DNA of 32,000 bases, taken from positions 180,001 to 212,000 of the forward strand of contig NZ_CP029011.1 in the NCBI RefSeq assembly GCF_003214255.1. The letters are read 5' to 3'. This DNA is from Candidatus Karelsulcia muelleri. Lineage in GTDB: Bacteria; Bacteroidota; Bacteroidia; Flavobacteriales; Blattabacteriaceae. This document shows, piece after piece, positions 7,101 to 16,649 of the stretch. Numbering within the stretch: position 1 is the first letter of the stretch; every line of letters starts with the position of its first letter. The notes under the pieces are model-generated. The model was not told where the DNA came from, did not search any database, and was given only the letters and a program-made list of their open reading frames with translations. A program made the position numbers and the translations under genes.

Positions 7101-7985
7101 TTAAAATTTTAAATAATTTAATTCCAATTTAATTTGTTGTTCTAATGTCTTACTACACTCCATTAAAGGTAATCTAACATAATTATTACATAATCCTTTT
7201 AGTTTTAATAAAGTTTTTATTCCAGATGGATTTCCTTCTTTAAAAATTATATTGTAAATTTTAATTATATTAAAATAAATTTTATATGCTTCTTGTACTT
7301 TATTTTCACAAGCTAATTTAAACATTTTAGAAAGTTCTTTTGGAAATGCTTGTCCAACTACGGAAATCATTCCCTCTCCTCCTCCTAAAATTATTGGTAA
7401 ACTTAAATTATCATCTCCTGACAAAACAGCAAAATTTTTTTTTGATTTATTATTAATAATATTATATGATTGAAGAATATTTCCTGAAGCTTCTTTTATT
7501 CCTATAATATTTTCATATTTTAATATTAATTTATTAATAGTTTCTAAACTAATATTTGTTCCAGTTCTATGTGGAACATTATAAATGATAATATTTTTAT
7601 CTGTATTTTCAGAAATTGTTTTAAAATGATGAAAAATTCCTTTTTGAGAAGGTTTATTATAATAAGGACAAACAGATAAAATGGCATCCACACTATTTAA
7701 AGTTAATTTTTTTAAATTTAAAATTACTTCTTCTGTATTATTACTACCTATTCCAACTACAACAGGTAATTTTTTACTATTAATATTAATTACACAATTA
7801 ATAATATCAATTTTTTCTTTTATATGTAATGTAGACGCTTCTCCAGTAGTTCCTAATAATACTAAATACTGAACTCCTTCTTTTATCACAAAGGATACAA
7901 TTTTTTCAATCGATTTAAAATCTATTGCTCCTTGTTTATTAAAAGGAGTTACTAAGGCAACACCAATTCCAGAAAGTTTTTTCAT
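7101..7985 (-). CDS. dapA: 4-hydroxy-tetrahydrodipicolinate synthase
   Basis: MKKLSGIGVALVTPFNKQGAIDFKSIEKIVSFVIKEGVQYLVLLGTTGEASTL...YNVPHRTG...IIGIKEASGN. I chose the start at the internal ATG (7985), which matches homolog N-termini. The ORF-track extension to 8045 looks spurious. Confidence 0.9.
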   Translation of the reverse strand: MKKLSGIGVALVTPFNKQGAIDFKSIEKIVSFVIKEGVQYLVLLGTTGEASTLHIKEKIDIINCVININSKKLPVVVGIGSNNTEEVILNLKKLTLNSVDAILSVCPYYNKPSQKGIFHHFKTISENTDKNIIIYNVPHRTGTNISLETINKLILKYENIIGIKEASGNILQSYNIINNKSKKNFAVLSGDDNLSLPIILGGGEGMISVVGQAFPKELSKMFKLACENKVQEAYKIYFNIIKIYNIIFKEGNPSGIKTLLKLKGLCNNYVRLPLMECSKTLEQQIKLELNYLKF

Positions 7986-8132
7986 TTTATAAATAATATT
8001 TAAACATAACATAAATATAATAAAATCTAAAATTCGCTCACCCAAAAAATTTAATTTATTTTTTTAAATTATCAGGATTATTTTTAGTCCATGTTGGAAC
8101 ACCGGATTTAATTTTAAAACTTAATATTTTAA

Positions 8133-9209
8133 ATGGTTACAAAAGAACAAATAAAAAAATTATCAAATAAAATAAAAGAGATTTCTATTTCTTTAGAAAT
8201 AAAGAAAAAAATTTCTTTTCTAAAAAAAGAAGAAAAAAAATTAATGTCTCCTTTTTTTTGGAAAAATAAAAAACAATCAAAAAAAATAATTAAATCTTTA
8301 TCAGAAACGAAAAAATGGTTAAATACTTTTAATCTTTTAAAAGAATCATTTAATGATTTAAAAATTTTATTTTTTTATTTTAAATCTGGAGAAGAAACAG
8401 AATTAGAAATTAATAATCTTTTAAAAAAAATTGAAAATCTTATTTCAAAAATTGAATTTAAAAATTTCTTTTTTGAAAAAGAAGATGCTTCCAATGCTGT
8501 TTTACAAATTTCTGCAGGAGCAGGAGGGACAGAAAGTTGTGATTGGGTTTCAATGTTATATAGAATGTATTTTTTGTGGGCAGAAAAAAATAATTTTAAA
8601 ATAAAAAAACTGAATAGTCTACAAGGAGACATAATAGGGTTAAAATCTATTACTTTTGAAGTAAAAGGTTTTTATCCTTTTGGATATTTAAAAGGAGAAA
8701 ATGGAGTTCATCGATTAGTCAGGATTTCTCCATTTGATAATTCAAAAAGACATACTTCATTTGCTTCTGTCTATATTTATCCTTTAATAAAAAAAGATCT
8801 AAATCTAGACATAAAAGCCTCCGATATAACATGGGATACTTTCCGCTCTGGAGGAGCTGGAGGACAAAATGTCAATAAAGTTGAAACTGGAGTACGCTTG
8901 CATCATCGTCCAACGAATATAATTATTGAAAATTCTGAAACAAGATCACAAATTCAAAATAAAAATAAAGCATTAAAATTACTTAAATCACGGTTATATT
9001 ATATTGAAAAACAAAAATTATTTAAATCGAAAATGAAATTCAATAAAAAAAAAATAGAATGGGGATCACAAATAAGAAATTATATTATGCATCCTTATAA
9101 ATTAGTAAAAGATATAAAAACTGGATATGAAACCTCTGATATTCATTCAGTTTTGAATGGAGAAATAAATATTTTTTTAAAAAAAAATTTATTACTGAAA
9201 AAAAATTAA
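8133..9209 (+). CDS. prfB: peptide chain release factor 2 (single uninterrupted ORF, no +1 frameshift site)
   Basis: 358 aa. It has the RF2-specific SPF tripeptide (VRISPFD) and the GGQ motif ([18 protein letters not shown]). The N-terminal region is collinear with E. coli RF2 across the usual frameshift position. Confidence 0.92.
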   Translation: MVTKEQIKKLSNKIKEISISLEIKKKISFLKKEEKKLMSPFFWKNKKQSKKIIKSLSETKKWLNTFNLLKESFNDLKILFFYFKSGEETELEINNLLKKIENLISKIEFKNFFFEKEDASNAVLQISAGAGGTESCDWVSMLYRMYFLWAEKNNFKIKKLNSLQGDIIGLKSITFEVKGFYPFGYLKGENGVHRLVRISPFDNSKRHTSFASVYIYPLIKKDLNLDIKASDITWDTFRSGGAGGQNVNKVETGVRLHHRPTNIIIENSETRSQIQNKNKALKLLKSRLYYIEKQKLFKSKMKFNKKKIEWGSQIRNYIMHPYKLVKDIKTGYETSDIHSVLNGEINIFLKKNLLLKKN

Positions 9210-9264
9210 AAGATTTGTTAACTTTTATTATATCTATAAATAATAAATGGTGGAAAAAAAAAAT

Positions 9265-9978
9265 ATGAATATAGGTTTAATAGGCTATGGTAATATGGGC
9301 AAATCAATAGAAAAACAAGCAATTCTTCGGGGACATAAAATTGGTTTTATTACTAATAAAACTCCTTCTTCTAAAGAATTAAAAAATTATAATTTAGAAT
9401 TAGTATTAGAATTTAGTTCTCCTAAATCTGCTGTTTCAAATATAATAGTTTGTCTTGAAAATAAAATTCCTATTGTTTGTGGCACAACAGGTTGGGAAAA
9501 CCAATATGATTTTATTAAACAAAAATGTAAAAAATATAATGGATCATTTTTATATTCTCCTAATTTTAGTATAGGAGTAAATATATTATTTATTTTAAAT
9601 AAAATATTAGCTAAAATAATGTTTAAATCTAACTTAGATTATAAAGTTAGTATAAATGAAATTCATCATAAAAATAAATTAGATTCCCCTAGTGGGACTG
9701 CTATTGCTTTATCAAAAGATATAATATTAGAAAAATATTGTAAAAATTGGGGAATAATTCCTTTAAAAAATAATAAAAAAAATATATATATAAGTTCAAA
9801 ACGTATAGACAATATAATAGGAATACATACAGTATTTTATGAATCATTAATTGATGTAATCCAAATTAAACATTTTGCAAAAAAAAGAAAAGGTTTTGCA
9901 TTAGGCGCAATCATTGCAGCTGAATGGTTATATAAAAAAACTGGAATCTTTTCTATGAAAGATGTATTAAATTTATAA
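9265..9978 (+). CDS. dapB: 4-hydroxy-tetrahydrodipicolinate reductase
   Basis: MNIGLIGYGNMGKSIEKQAILRGH... Rossmann N-terminus, plus NFSIGVN and EIHHKNKLDSPSGTA motifs. An alternative upstream ATG at 9247 adds 6 codons. Confidence 0.88.
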   Translation: MNIGLIGYGNMGKSIEKQAILRGHKIGFITNKTPSSKELKNYNLELVLEFSSPKSAVSNIIVCLENKIPIVCGTTGWENQYDFIKQKCKKYNGSFLYSPNFSIGVNILFILNKILAKIMFKSNLDYKVSINEIHHKNKLDSPSGTAIALSKDIILEKYCKNWGIIPLKNNKKNIYISSKRIDNIIGIHTVFYESLIDVIQIKHFAKKRKGFALGAIIAAEWLYKKTGIFSMKDVLNL

Positions 9979-9979
9979 T

Positions 9980-11188
9980 TTGTTAATATATAATATATTA
10001 ATATTAATAATAATATTAAAAGTTATTTATTTTTTAGGAACTTATAAATTATATTTAAATAATGGACGAAACATTATTATTGCTTTAATTCCATTATATA
10101 ATATAATTATATTGATGAAAATTTTAAAAAGACCTATTTGGTGGTCCATATTATGTTATATTCCTATAATATATTTTTTTATGTATATATTATTATGTTT
10201 AGATATAATATCTTGTTTTGTAACACGTAATAAAAAAAATATATTAATATTAATTATTACTTTTGGAGCGTATTTAATTTTTTTAAATCTAAATAAGAAT
10301 ATTAAATTTATAAAAGAAAATTCACCAGAATTAAGATCTTTAATATTTTCAATAATTTTATCTTTAATTATAAAATTATATATATTTCAAATATTTTTTA
10401 TTCCTTCTTCTTCAATGGAAAAAAGTTTATTAATAGGAGATTTTTTATTTGTCAGCAAATTTAATTATGGGATAAGAATTCCTATTACTCAACTTTTAAT
10501 AAAATTTCCTTATTTAAGACTTCCTAGTTTGAAAAAAATTAATCATAATGATATGATTGTATTTAATTTTCCAAATGATTTTAAATCAAAATCTATTGAT
10601 AAAAAAAAATATTATATTAAACGTTGTATAGGCTTACCAGGAGATAATTTAATTATTAAAAATGGATTATTATATATTAATGGACTTTTAAAAAAAGAAA
10701 AAACAAATTCGCTTTTATTTAAAGTACAAAAAAAATTAAAATCATTTAATATAAAAAGGAATGAAAACAAATTAATTTATTTAAAAAAAGAAATAATTCC
10801 AAATTCTTTAAAAGAAACAAATATCTTTCCAGAAGATAAATTATGGAATCGTGATAATTATGGGCCTATTTATATTCCTAAAAAAGGAGATTGTTTATAT
10901 TTAAATAAACAAAATATTTTTCTATATAAAGATTTAATTACTAAATATGAAAATAATTCTTTAAAATTAAAAAAAAATGTTTTTATTATAAATAATAAAA
11001 AAACCTTTAAATATTTAGTAAAAAAAAATTATTATTTTATGTTAGGAGATAATAGAGAAAATTCATTAGATTCTCGTTATTGGGGTTTTTTACCATTTGA
11101 TCATATAGTTGGAAAACCATTATTAATTTTGTTTTCAACCAACGAATTTAAAATTCGTTGGAATCGTTTTTTTTCCTTAATAAAATAA
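9980..11188 (+). CDS. lepB: signal peptidase I with N-terminal multi-pass membrane domain (Bacteroidota type)
   Basis: Catalytic Ser box IPSSSMEKSLLIGDFLFVSK, Lys box YYIKRCIGLPGD, and GDNRENSLDSRYWGFLP. The N-terminal membrane part carries the PIWWSILCYIP motif typical of Bacteroidota LepB. The start is uncertain (TTG at 9980). Confidence 0.85.
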   Translation: MLIYNILILIIILKVIYFLGTYKLYLNNGRNIIIALIPLYNIIILMKILKRPIWWSILCYIPIIYFFMYILLCLDIISCFVTRNKKNILILIITFGAYLIFLNLNKNIKFIKENSPELRSLIFSIILSLIIKLYIFQIFFIPSSSMEKSLLIGDFLFVSKFNYGIRIPITQLLIKFPYLRLPSLKKINHNDMIVFNFPNDFKSKSIDKKKYYIKRCIGLPGDNLIIKNGLLYINGLLKKEKTNSLLFKVQKKLKSFNIKRNENKLIYLKKEIIPNSLKETNIFPEDKLWNRDNYGPIYIPKKGDCLYLNKQNIFLYKDLITKYENNSLKLKKNVFIINNKKTFKYLVKKNYYFMLGDNRENSLDSRYWGFLPFDHIVGKPLLILFSTNEFKIRWNRFFSLIK

Positions 11189-11245
11189 ATTGTTTTTTTA
11201 AAAAAAAATATATATATAAAAAATAAAATAAAATAAAAAATTGTA

Positions 11246-11458
11246 ATGAAATTAATTACACCTGTAAAAGAAGGAGAATCTATAGATAGAGTTTTAAAAA
11301 AATGGAAAAAAAAATTTGATAAAGCTCGTGTAATAAAAAAATTACGAGAACGAAAACAGTATGTAAAACCTTCTGAAAAAAAAAGAAAAAATTTCTTAAA
11401 AGCTAAGTATAAGGAATATTTAAAATATAAAAAGGAATATTTAAAAAATCAGAAATAA
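11246..11458 (+). CDS. rpsU: 30S ribosomal protein S21
   Basis: 70 aa. MKLITPVKEGESIDRVLKKWKKKFDKARVIKKLRERKQYVKPSEKKRK. Confidence 0.88.
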   Translation: MKLITPVKEGESIDRVLKKWKKKFDKARVIKKLRERKQYVKPSEKKRKNFLKAKYKEYLKYKKEYLKNQK

Positions 11459-11459
11459 A

Positions 11460-12218
11460 ATGATTAAAATTTATGGTTTAGTAGGAAAAAATATTTTTTA
11501 TTCTTTTTCAAAGAAATTTTTTGAAAAAAAATTTAAAAAAGAAAAAATAAAAAATACTATATATAGTTTATATGATATAAAAAATCTTTCATTTTTAAAA
11601 AAAATATTGAATAATAATTCAAATTTATTAGGATTTAATGTTACAATTCCATATAAGGAAAAAATTATGAATAAAATTCATTATATAAATAAAAAATTAT
11701 TAAAAATAGGCTCAATAAATACTGTTAAAATTATAAATGATAAAACTATAGGTTATAACACAGATATATATGGATTTGAAAAATCTTTTAAAAAAAACTT
11801 AAAATTTTTTCATAAAAAGGCCCTAATTTTAGGAACGGGAGGAGTGTCTAAATCTATAATGTATGTTTTAACAAAATTAGGAATTAAATATCTTTTTGTT
11901 TCAAGAAAAAAAAAAGAAAAAAATTGTATTTCTTATTCAGAAATATCTAAAGAGTTAATTTATAATTATAATATAATTATAAATTGTACTCCAGTAGGAA
12001 CATTTCCAAATATTAATGAATGTCCGAATATTCCTTATAAATTTCTTTCAAAGAATCATTATTTATATGATTTAGTTTATAATCCAAAAGAAACTTTGTT
12101 TTTAAAAAAAGGTAAAAAAAAAGGATGTGTTGTCCAAAATGGAATAAAAATGCTTTTTTTACAAGCCAATCTCTCTTGGAAAATTTGGAATAATTTTAAA
12201 ATTGATTATTATCTTTAA
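11460..12218 (+). CDS. aroE: shikimate dehydrogenase
   Basis: YGLVGKNIFYSFSKKFF..., GFNVTIPYKEKI, GSINTV, GYNTDIYGF, and the NADP-binding LILGTGGVSKSI. Confidence 0.85.
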   Translation: MIKIYGLVGKNIFYSFSKKFFEKKFKKEKIKNTIYSLYDIKNLSFLKKILNNNSNLLGFNVTIPYKEKIMNKIHYINKKLLKIGSINTVKIINDKTIGYNTDIYGFEKSFKKNLKFFHKKALILGTGGVSKSIMYVLTKLGIKYLFVSRKKKEKNCISYSEISKELIYNYNIIINCTPVGTFPNINECPNIPYKFLSKNHYLYDLVYNPKETLFLKKGKKKGCVVQNGIKMLFLQANLSWKIWNNFKIDYYL

Positions 12219-13195
12219 TAAAAATTAAATATTTTTTTTTTAAAAGAAAAAAAATTCTCTTTTTGAAAAGAAGAAAAAAATATAAATTTTTCATTTTTGG
12301 GTAATTCTTTTTTTATTTCATTTTTTAATTTTTCATCTAAAAGATCTGATTTAGAAATTATTAATAAACGTTTTTTTTTTAAAAGATATGGATCATATTC
12401 AGATAATTCATTTATAATTATATTATATTCTTTAATATAATTTTTTGTTTCAGCAGAAATCATTATTAATAAAATTCTATTTCGTTGAATATGTTTAAGA
12501 AATTTAAACCCTAATCCTTTTCCTTGGTAAGCTCCTTTTATTATTCCTGGAATATCTGCTATAATCAGATTATTAAATTTTTTAAAATTCGCAAGGCCTA
12601 AATTAGGAATTAATGTAGTAAAAGGATAATTAGATATTTTGGATTTAGATGAGGTTATTACGGATATTAAAGTAGATTTTCCAGAATTTGGAAATCCAAT
12701 TATACCTACATCTGCTAAAATTTTTAATTCTAAAATAAAAATTGCTTCTTTGCCAAGTTTGCCTTTTTCAGAATAAAAAGGGGATTTACATCTAGAATTT
12801 TTAAAATTCCAATTTCCTTTTCCTCCTTTTCCACCATATAATAAAATTTTTTCTTCATTTTGATGAATAATTTCAAAAATAATTTGTTTTTTTTCATCTT
12901 TAACTATAGTTCCTAGAGGAACTTCTATTATAGAATTTTTTCCTTTCGAACCAGTAATTCTATTTACACCTCCATTTTTTCCATTTTCAGCTATATTATG
13001 TTTTTTTTTTTTTAAATGAGATATTGTATATAATTGATTATTTCCTCTAATTAGAACATTGCCTCCTTTACCACCATCACCTCCATCAGGTCCTCCTTTA
13101 GGAAAGGTTTTATTTTTTTTAAAATGAATCATTCCTGAACCCCCATTGCCACTTCTACAATAGATTTTAATATAATCTAAAAATTTATTTCTCAT
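12215..13195 (-). CDS. obg: GTPase Obg/CgtA
   Basis: Obg-fold glycine-rich N-terminus (FLDYIKIYCRSGNGGSGMIHFKKNKTFPKGGPDGGDGGKGGNV) and G-domain motifs (GFPNSGKST, DIPGII, SKSD). Confidence 0.92.
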   Translation of the reverse strand: MRNKFLDYIKIYCRSGNGGSGMIHFKKNKTFPKGGPDGGDGGKGGNVLIRGNNQLYTISHLKKKKHNIAENGKNGGVNRITGSKGKNSIIEVPLGTIVKDEKKQIIFEIIHQNEEKILLYGGKGGKGNWNFKNSRCKSPFYSEKGKLGKEAIFILELKILADVGIIGFPNSGKSTLISVITSSKSKISNYPFTTLIPNLGLANFKKFNNLIIADIPGIIKGAYQGKGLGFKFLKHIQRNRILLIMISAETKNYIKEYNIIINELSEYDPYLLKKKRLLIISKSDLLDEKLKNEIKKELPKNEKFIFFSSFQKENFFSFKKKIFNFY

Positions 13196-13198
13196 ATT

Positions 13199-14602
13199 TT
13201 AGATATGAATACATTTTTTATCAGCATTATTTATTGCTTCTATAATAGATTCACTAATAGTTGGATGTGGATGAATACATTTCAAAAAGTCAAATAACGT
13301 TGTTTCTAGTTGCCGAGCAACTACAATTTCAGAAATAAGTTCTGTAACCCCGGAACCTATCATATGACATCCTAATAATTCTCCATATTTTTTCTCAAAA
13401 ATGATTTTAATAAATCCATCTGTAGCATCATTAACTTTAGCTTTTCCTAAAGCAGTAAATGGAAACTTTCCTATTTTTAATTTAAATCCTTTTTTTAAAG
13501 CTTCTTTTTCAGAATATCCAACATATGAAATTTCCGGATTAGTGTAAATACACATAGGAACATTATTATAATTTAATGGTGAGGGATTTAAGCCAGTAAT
13601 TTTTTCTACACAAATAATTCCTTCATAAGAAGCAACATGTGCTAAAGAAATACTAGGGATTACATCGCCTATAGCATAATATCCTTTTACATTAGTTGAA
13701 TAATATTTATCTACACAAATATGTTTAGTATTATTTTGCTTAATTCCTAGATTTTCTAATCCTAAATTTTCAGTATTGGGACAAATTCCAATTGCAGAAA
13801 TAATAACATCAACATATAAAATTTCAGTTTCATTTTTTGAATTGTTAATAATTACTTTTGTGCATTGTTTATCATTTAAATAAATGAAATCTTTAATAAT
13901 TGAAGAGGTTTTTATTATGACACCATTTTTTTTTAAAATTTTTTTTAAATGAATAGAAATATCTAAATCTGAATATGGTAAAATGTTTGACATTTTTTCT
14001 ATTATATAAATTTTAGACCCAAAACTATTATAAAAATAAGCAAATTCTAAGCCAATAGCTCCAGATCCTATAATTAATATTGTTTTAGGTATTGTTTTTA
14101 ATAATAATGCCTCACGAGAATTAATTATATTAATTAATTTTCTATTTTTAATAGAATTAAAATTTCTAGATTTACTCCCTGTAGCAATAATTATGTTTAA
14201 TGCATTATATTTGGTTTCATTTCCAAATTTATCTTTAACATTTACTATATTTTTTTTTAAAAGTTTTGCTTTTCCATATATAATTTTTATATTATTTTTT
14301 TTTAATAAAGACAAAACTCCTTTATTCATTTTTTCTGAAAGAATCCTACTTCTATAAATTATTTTTTTAAAATCAAATTTTATATTATTAATAATTATCC
14401 CATATTGGGAAGCTTGTTTCAAACTATTAAAAATATTGGCACTTTTTAATAAAGATTTTGTAGGAATACACCCCCAATTAAGACATACACCTCCAAGATT
14501 TTCTTTTTCTACAATAGCTGTTTTTAATCCTAATTGTGCAGCCCTGATTGCTGCAACATACCCTCCTGGCCCACTTCCAATTATAATTAAGTCAAAAGAC
14601 AT
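13199..14602 (-). CDS. lpdA: dihydrolipoyl dehydrogenase (E3)
   Basis: FAD-binding IIIGSGPGGYVAAIRAAQLG, the redox-active disulfide GGVCLNWGCIPTK, and the C-terminal HPHPTISE interface motif. Confidence 0.93.
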   Translation of the reverse strand: MSFDLIIIGSGPGGYVAAIRAAQLGLKTAIVEKENLGGVCLNWGCIPTKSLLKSANIFNSLKQASQYGIIINNIKFDFKKIIYRSRILSEKMNKGVLSLLKKNNIKIIYGKAKLLKKNIVNVKDKFGNETKYNALNIIIATGSKSRNFNSIKNRKLINIINSREALLLKTIPKTILIIGSGAIGLEFAYFYNSFGSKIYIIEKMSNILPYSDLDISIHLKKILKKNGVIIKTSSIIKDFIYLNDKQCTKVIINNSKNETEILYVDVIISAIGICPNTENLGLENLGIKQNNTKHICVDKYYSTNVKGYYAIGDVIPSISLAHVASYEGIICVEKITGLNPSPLNYNNVPMCIYTNPEISYVGYSEKEALKKGFKLKIGKFPFTALGKAKVNDATDGFIKIIFEKKYGELLGCHMIGSGVTELISEIVVARQLETTLFDFLKCIHPHPTISESIIEAINNADKKCIHI

Positions 14603-14628
14603 AAAACTATTTTAAAAAATTACTTTAG

Positions 14629-14713
14629 TACTCACGACTGGATTTGAACCAGCATATCTTAAATAGATACTACCACCTCAAGGTAGCGTGTATACCAATT
14701 TCACCACGTGAGT
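14629..14713 (-). tRNA. tRNA-Leu (anticodon GAG), class II
   Basis: Reverse-complement hand fold: acceptor ACTCACG/CGTGAGT (A1:U72), 3-bp D-stem GTG/CAC, anticodon stem CTACC/GGTAG with loop TTGAGGT (GAG), long variable arm TATCTATTTAAGATAT, T-arm GCTGGTTCAAATCCAGT, discriminator A. Confidence 0.88.
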
Positions 14714-14720
14714 TTTAATT

Positions 14721-15092
14721 TTAAGATTCTGTTCTTTTTTTTAAAATTTTTATTTTGTTTTGCCACCACAGTTTCGATTGTTCTATTTCATTTTTCTTAA
14801 CAAAATCTGTTATTATAAGATATAACTTTTTTAGTTTTTCTTGAATAAGAAATTCAAAATAATATTTTTTTTCTTCAAATTTTTCCCATTTGTATCTTAC
14901 AGATTTTTCTTTTTTTTTTTTAATTAAAAAACATGTTTCTTCATATCCATTCCAAAAACAAATATATCTAGATCCTATAGATTGAACATAGTCAGCAAAC
15001 CATTTTGCCATTTTTTCAGGTGTATAAATATAATTATATAACATTTTTTTTGAATAATTCAATTGAAATTCGAACTTAATTGGTTCAAGCAT
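14721..15092 (-). CDS. conserved Bacteroidota START/SRPBCC-like small protein (function unknown)
   Basis: 123 aa. KFEFQLNYSKKMLYNYIYTPEKMAKWFADYVQS...YYFEFLIQEK...LIITDFVKKNEIEQSKLWWQNKI resembles a widespread flavobacterial START-like family that I recall. No search was run. Confidence 0.5.
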   Translation of the reverse strand: MLEPIKFEFQLNYSKKMLYNYIYTPEKMAKWFADYVQSIGSRYICFWNGYEETCFLIKKKKEKSVRYKWEKFEEKKYYFEFLIQEKLKKLYLIITDFVKKNEIEQSKLWWQNKIKILKKRTES

Positions 15093-15164
15093 TTTTTATT
15101 TTTTTTTTAAAAAATATTTTCCTAAATATAAAATTAGGTAATTTTAAAAAAAAAATTATTTTTT

Positions 15165-15202
15165 AATTTAAAAGTTTTAATTTAAAAGTTTTAATTTAAA
15201 AG
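15165..15202. repeat. 14-bp tandem repeat aatttaaaagtttt, 2 perfect copies plus a 10-nt third copy that ends on G1 of the tRNA
   Basis: Read directly from the sequence: 15165-15178, 15179-15192, 15193-15202. Confidence 0.9.
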
Positions 15203-15275
15203 GCGTGATAGCTCATTTGGTTAGAGCGTCGGATTCATAACTCGGAGGTTGGGGGTTCAATTCCCCCTCACGCTA
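15202..15275 (+). tRNA. tRNA-Met (anticodon CAU); initiator versus elongator identity ambiguous
   Basis: Hand fold: acceptor GGCGTGA/TCACGCT (G1.U72 wobble), D-arm GCTCATTTGGTTAGAGC, anticodon loop TTCATAA (CAT), T-arm GGGGGTTCAATTCCCCC, discriminator A. The anticodon stem TCGGA/CTCGG is weak, with two wobbles and one A-C mismatch. Confidence 0.85.
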
Positions 15276-15308
15276 TTAAAAGTAATTTAAAATTAGTGCC
15301 ATCATTTA

Positions 15309-16649
15309 ATGAAATATAAAGATATAAAAAAAATTTTTTTAGATTTTTTTAAGAAAAAAAATCATCAAATTATTGATTCGGCTTCCCTTTTAGCAAAAGA
15401 TGATCCATCTTTAATGTTTACTAATGCTGGAATGAATAGATTTAAAAAATATTTTCTTGGTTATAAGAACCCAAAATATGTAAGAATTACAAATATTCAA
15501 AAATGTCTTAGAATTACAGGCAAACATAATGATATTTCTGATGTAGGAAGAGATAAGTATCATCATACTATGTTTGAAATGTTAGGAAATTGGTCATTTG
15601 GAGACTATTTTAAAAAAGAAGCTATAGAGTGGGCATGGGAATTATTAACAAAAACCTTTAAAATCAGAAAATCAAATATTTATGTTACTATTTTTAGTGG
15701 AAATCTAAATGAAAATTTAGAATTTGATAAAGAATCATATAAATATTGGAAAAATTTAATAAATGAAAATCAAATTGTTTTTTTTGATAAAAAACATAAT
15801 TTTTGGGAAATGGGGAATACAGGCCCCTGTGGATATAGTTCAGAAATACATATAGATCTTAGAGAAAAAAAAAAAATAGAGGGAAAAAAATTAATTAATA
15901 AAGGACATCCTTTAGTAATTGAATTATGGAATTTAGTTTTTATAGAATTTTTTAGAACCCAAAATGGGAATCTTGAAAAATTATCGAAATCTCATGTAGA
16001 TACTGGGATGGGAATAGAAAGATTATGTATGGTTTTACAAAACAAAAAATCTACATATGATACTGATATTTTTATTTCTTTAATTAAAGAAATAGAAAAT
16101 ATTACTGGAAAAGTTTATGGAAAATTAGAAGAAGAAGATATTGCAATTCGTGTCTTAGCAGATCATATTAGAGCAATTGTCTTTGCTATTAAAGATGGGA
16201 TAATTCCTTCAAATAAGAAATCAGGATATATAATAAGAAAACTCTTAAGAAGAACAATAGTTTATTATTTTTTATATTTAAATATAAAAAAATCGTTTTT
16301 ATATAAACTTGTAAAAGTAGTTTTATCAGAAAAAAATAATGAGAATTCAAAAATTAAAGAAAACTTTATAAGTAATTTAATTAAAAAAGAAGAATTCTTA
16401 TTTTTTAAAAATTTATTTAAAGTGAGTAAAAAATTTTATAAAATTATTTCTTATTTAAAAAAAGAAGGAAAAACTATTATAAATGGAAAAATCATATTTG
16501 AATTATATGATACATATGGGTTACCATTTGAATTAGCAAATCTTTTTGCATTAAAAAATAATTTTATTATTGACAAATTTTCTTTTGAAAAAGAAATGTT
16601 AAAACAAAAATTACGTTCTAAAACAAAGAAAAAGAATATTTATGTCTAA
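15309..16649 (+). CDS. alaS: alanine--tRNA ligase, naturally truncated to the catalytic plus tRNA-recognition core (no editing or C-Ala domains)
   Basis: 446 aa. AlaRS motifs: FTNAGMNRFKKYFLG, KHNDISDVGRDKYHHTMFEMLGNWSFGDYFKKEAIEWAWELLT, GPCGYSSEIHIDL, VDTGMGIERL, ADHIRA. The stop overlaps the sucA start. Confidence 0.9.
   Translation: MKYKDIKKIFLDFFKKKNHQIIDSASLLAKDDPSLMFTNAGMNRFKKYFLGYKNPKYVRITNIQKCLRITGKHNDISDVGRDKYHHTMFEMLGNWSFGDYFKKEAIEWAWELLTKTFKIRKSNIYVTIFSGNLNENLEFDKESYKYWKNLINENQIVFFDKKHNFWEMGNTGPCGYSSEIHIDLREKKKIEGKKLINKGHPLVIELWNLVFIEFFRTQNGNLEKLSKSHVDTGMGIERLCMVLQNKKSTYDTDIFISLIKEIENITGKVYGKLEEEDIAIRVLADHIRAIVFAIKDGIIPSNKKSGYIIRKLLRRTIVYYFLYLNIKKSFLYKLVKVVLSEKNNENSKIKENFISNLIKKEEFLFFKNLFKVSKKFYKIISYLKKEGKTIINGKIIFELYDTYGLPFELANLFALKNNFIIDKFSFEKEMLKQKLRSKTKKKNIYV

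Noticed and set aside
8088-8110. A GC-richer patch with a 6-codon mini-ORF (ATG TTG GAA CAC CGG ATT TAA) upstream of prfB, considered as a possible leader or frameshift partner.
   Set aside because: The prfB ORF is already full length and collinear with RF2 from its own ATG. The mini-ORF is too short and has no supporting structure.
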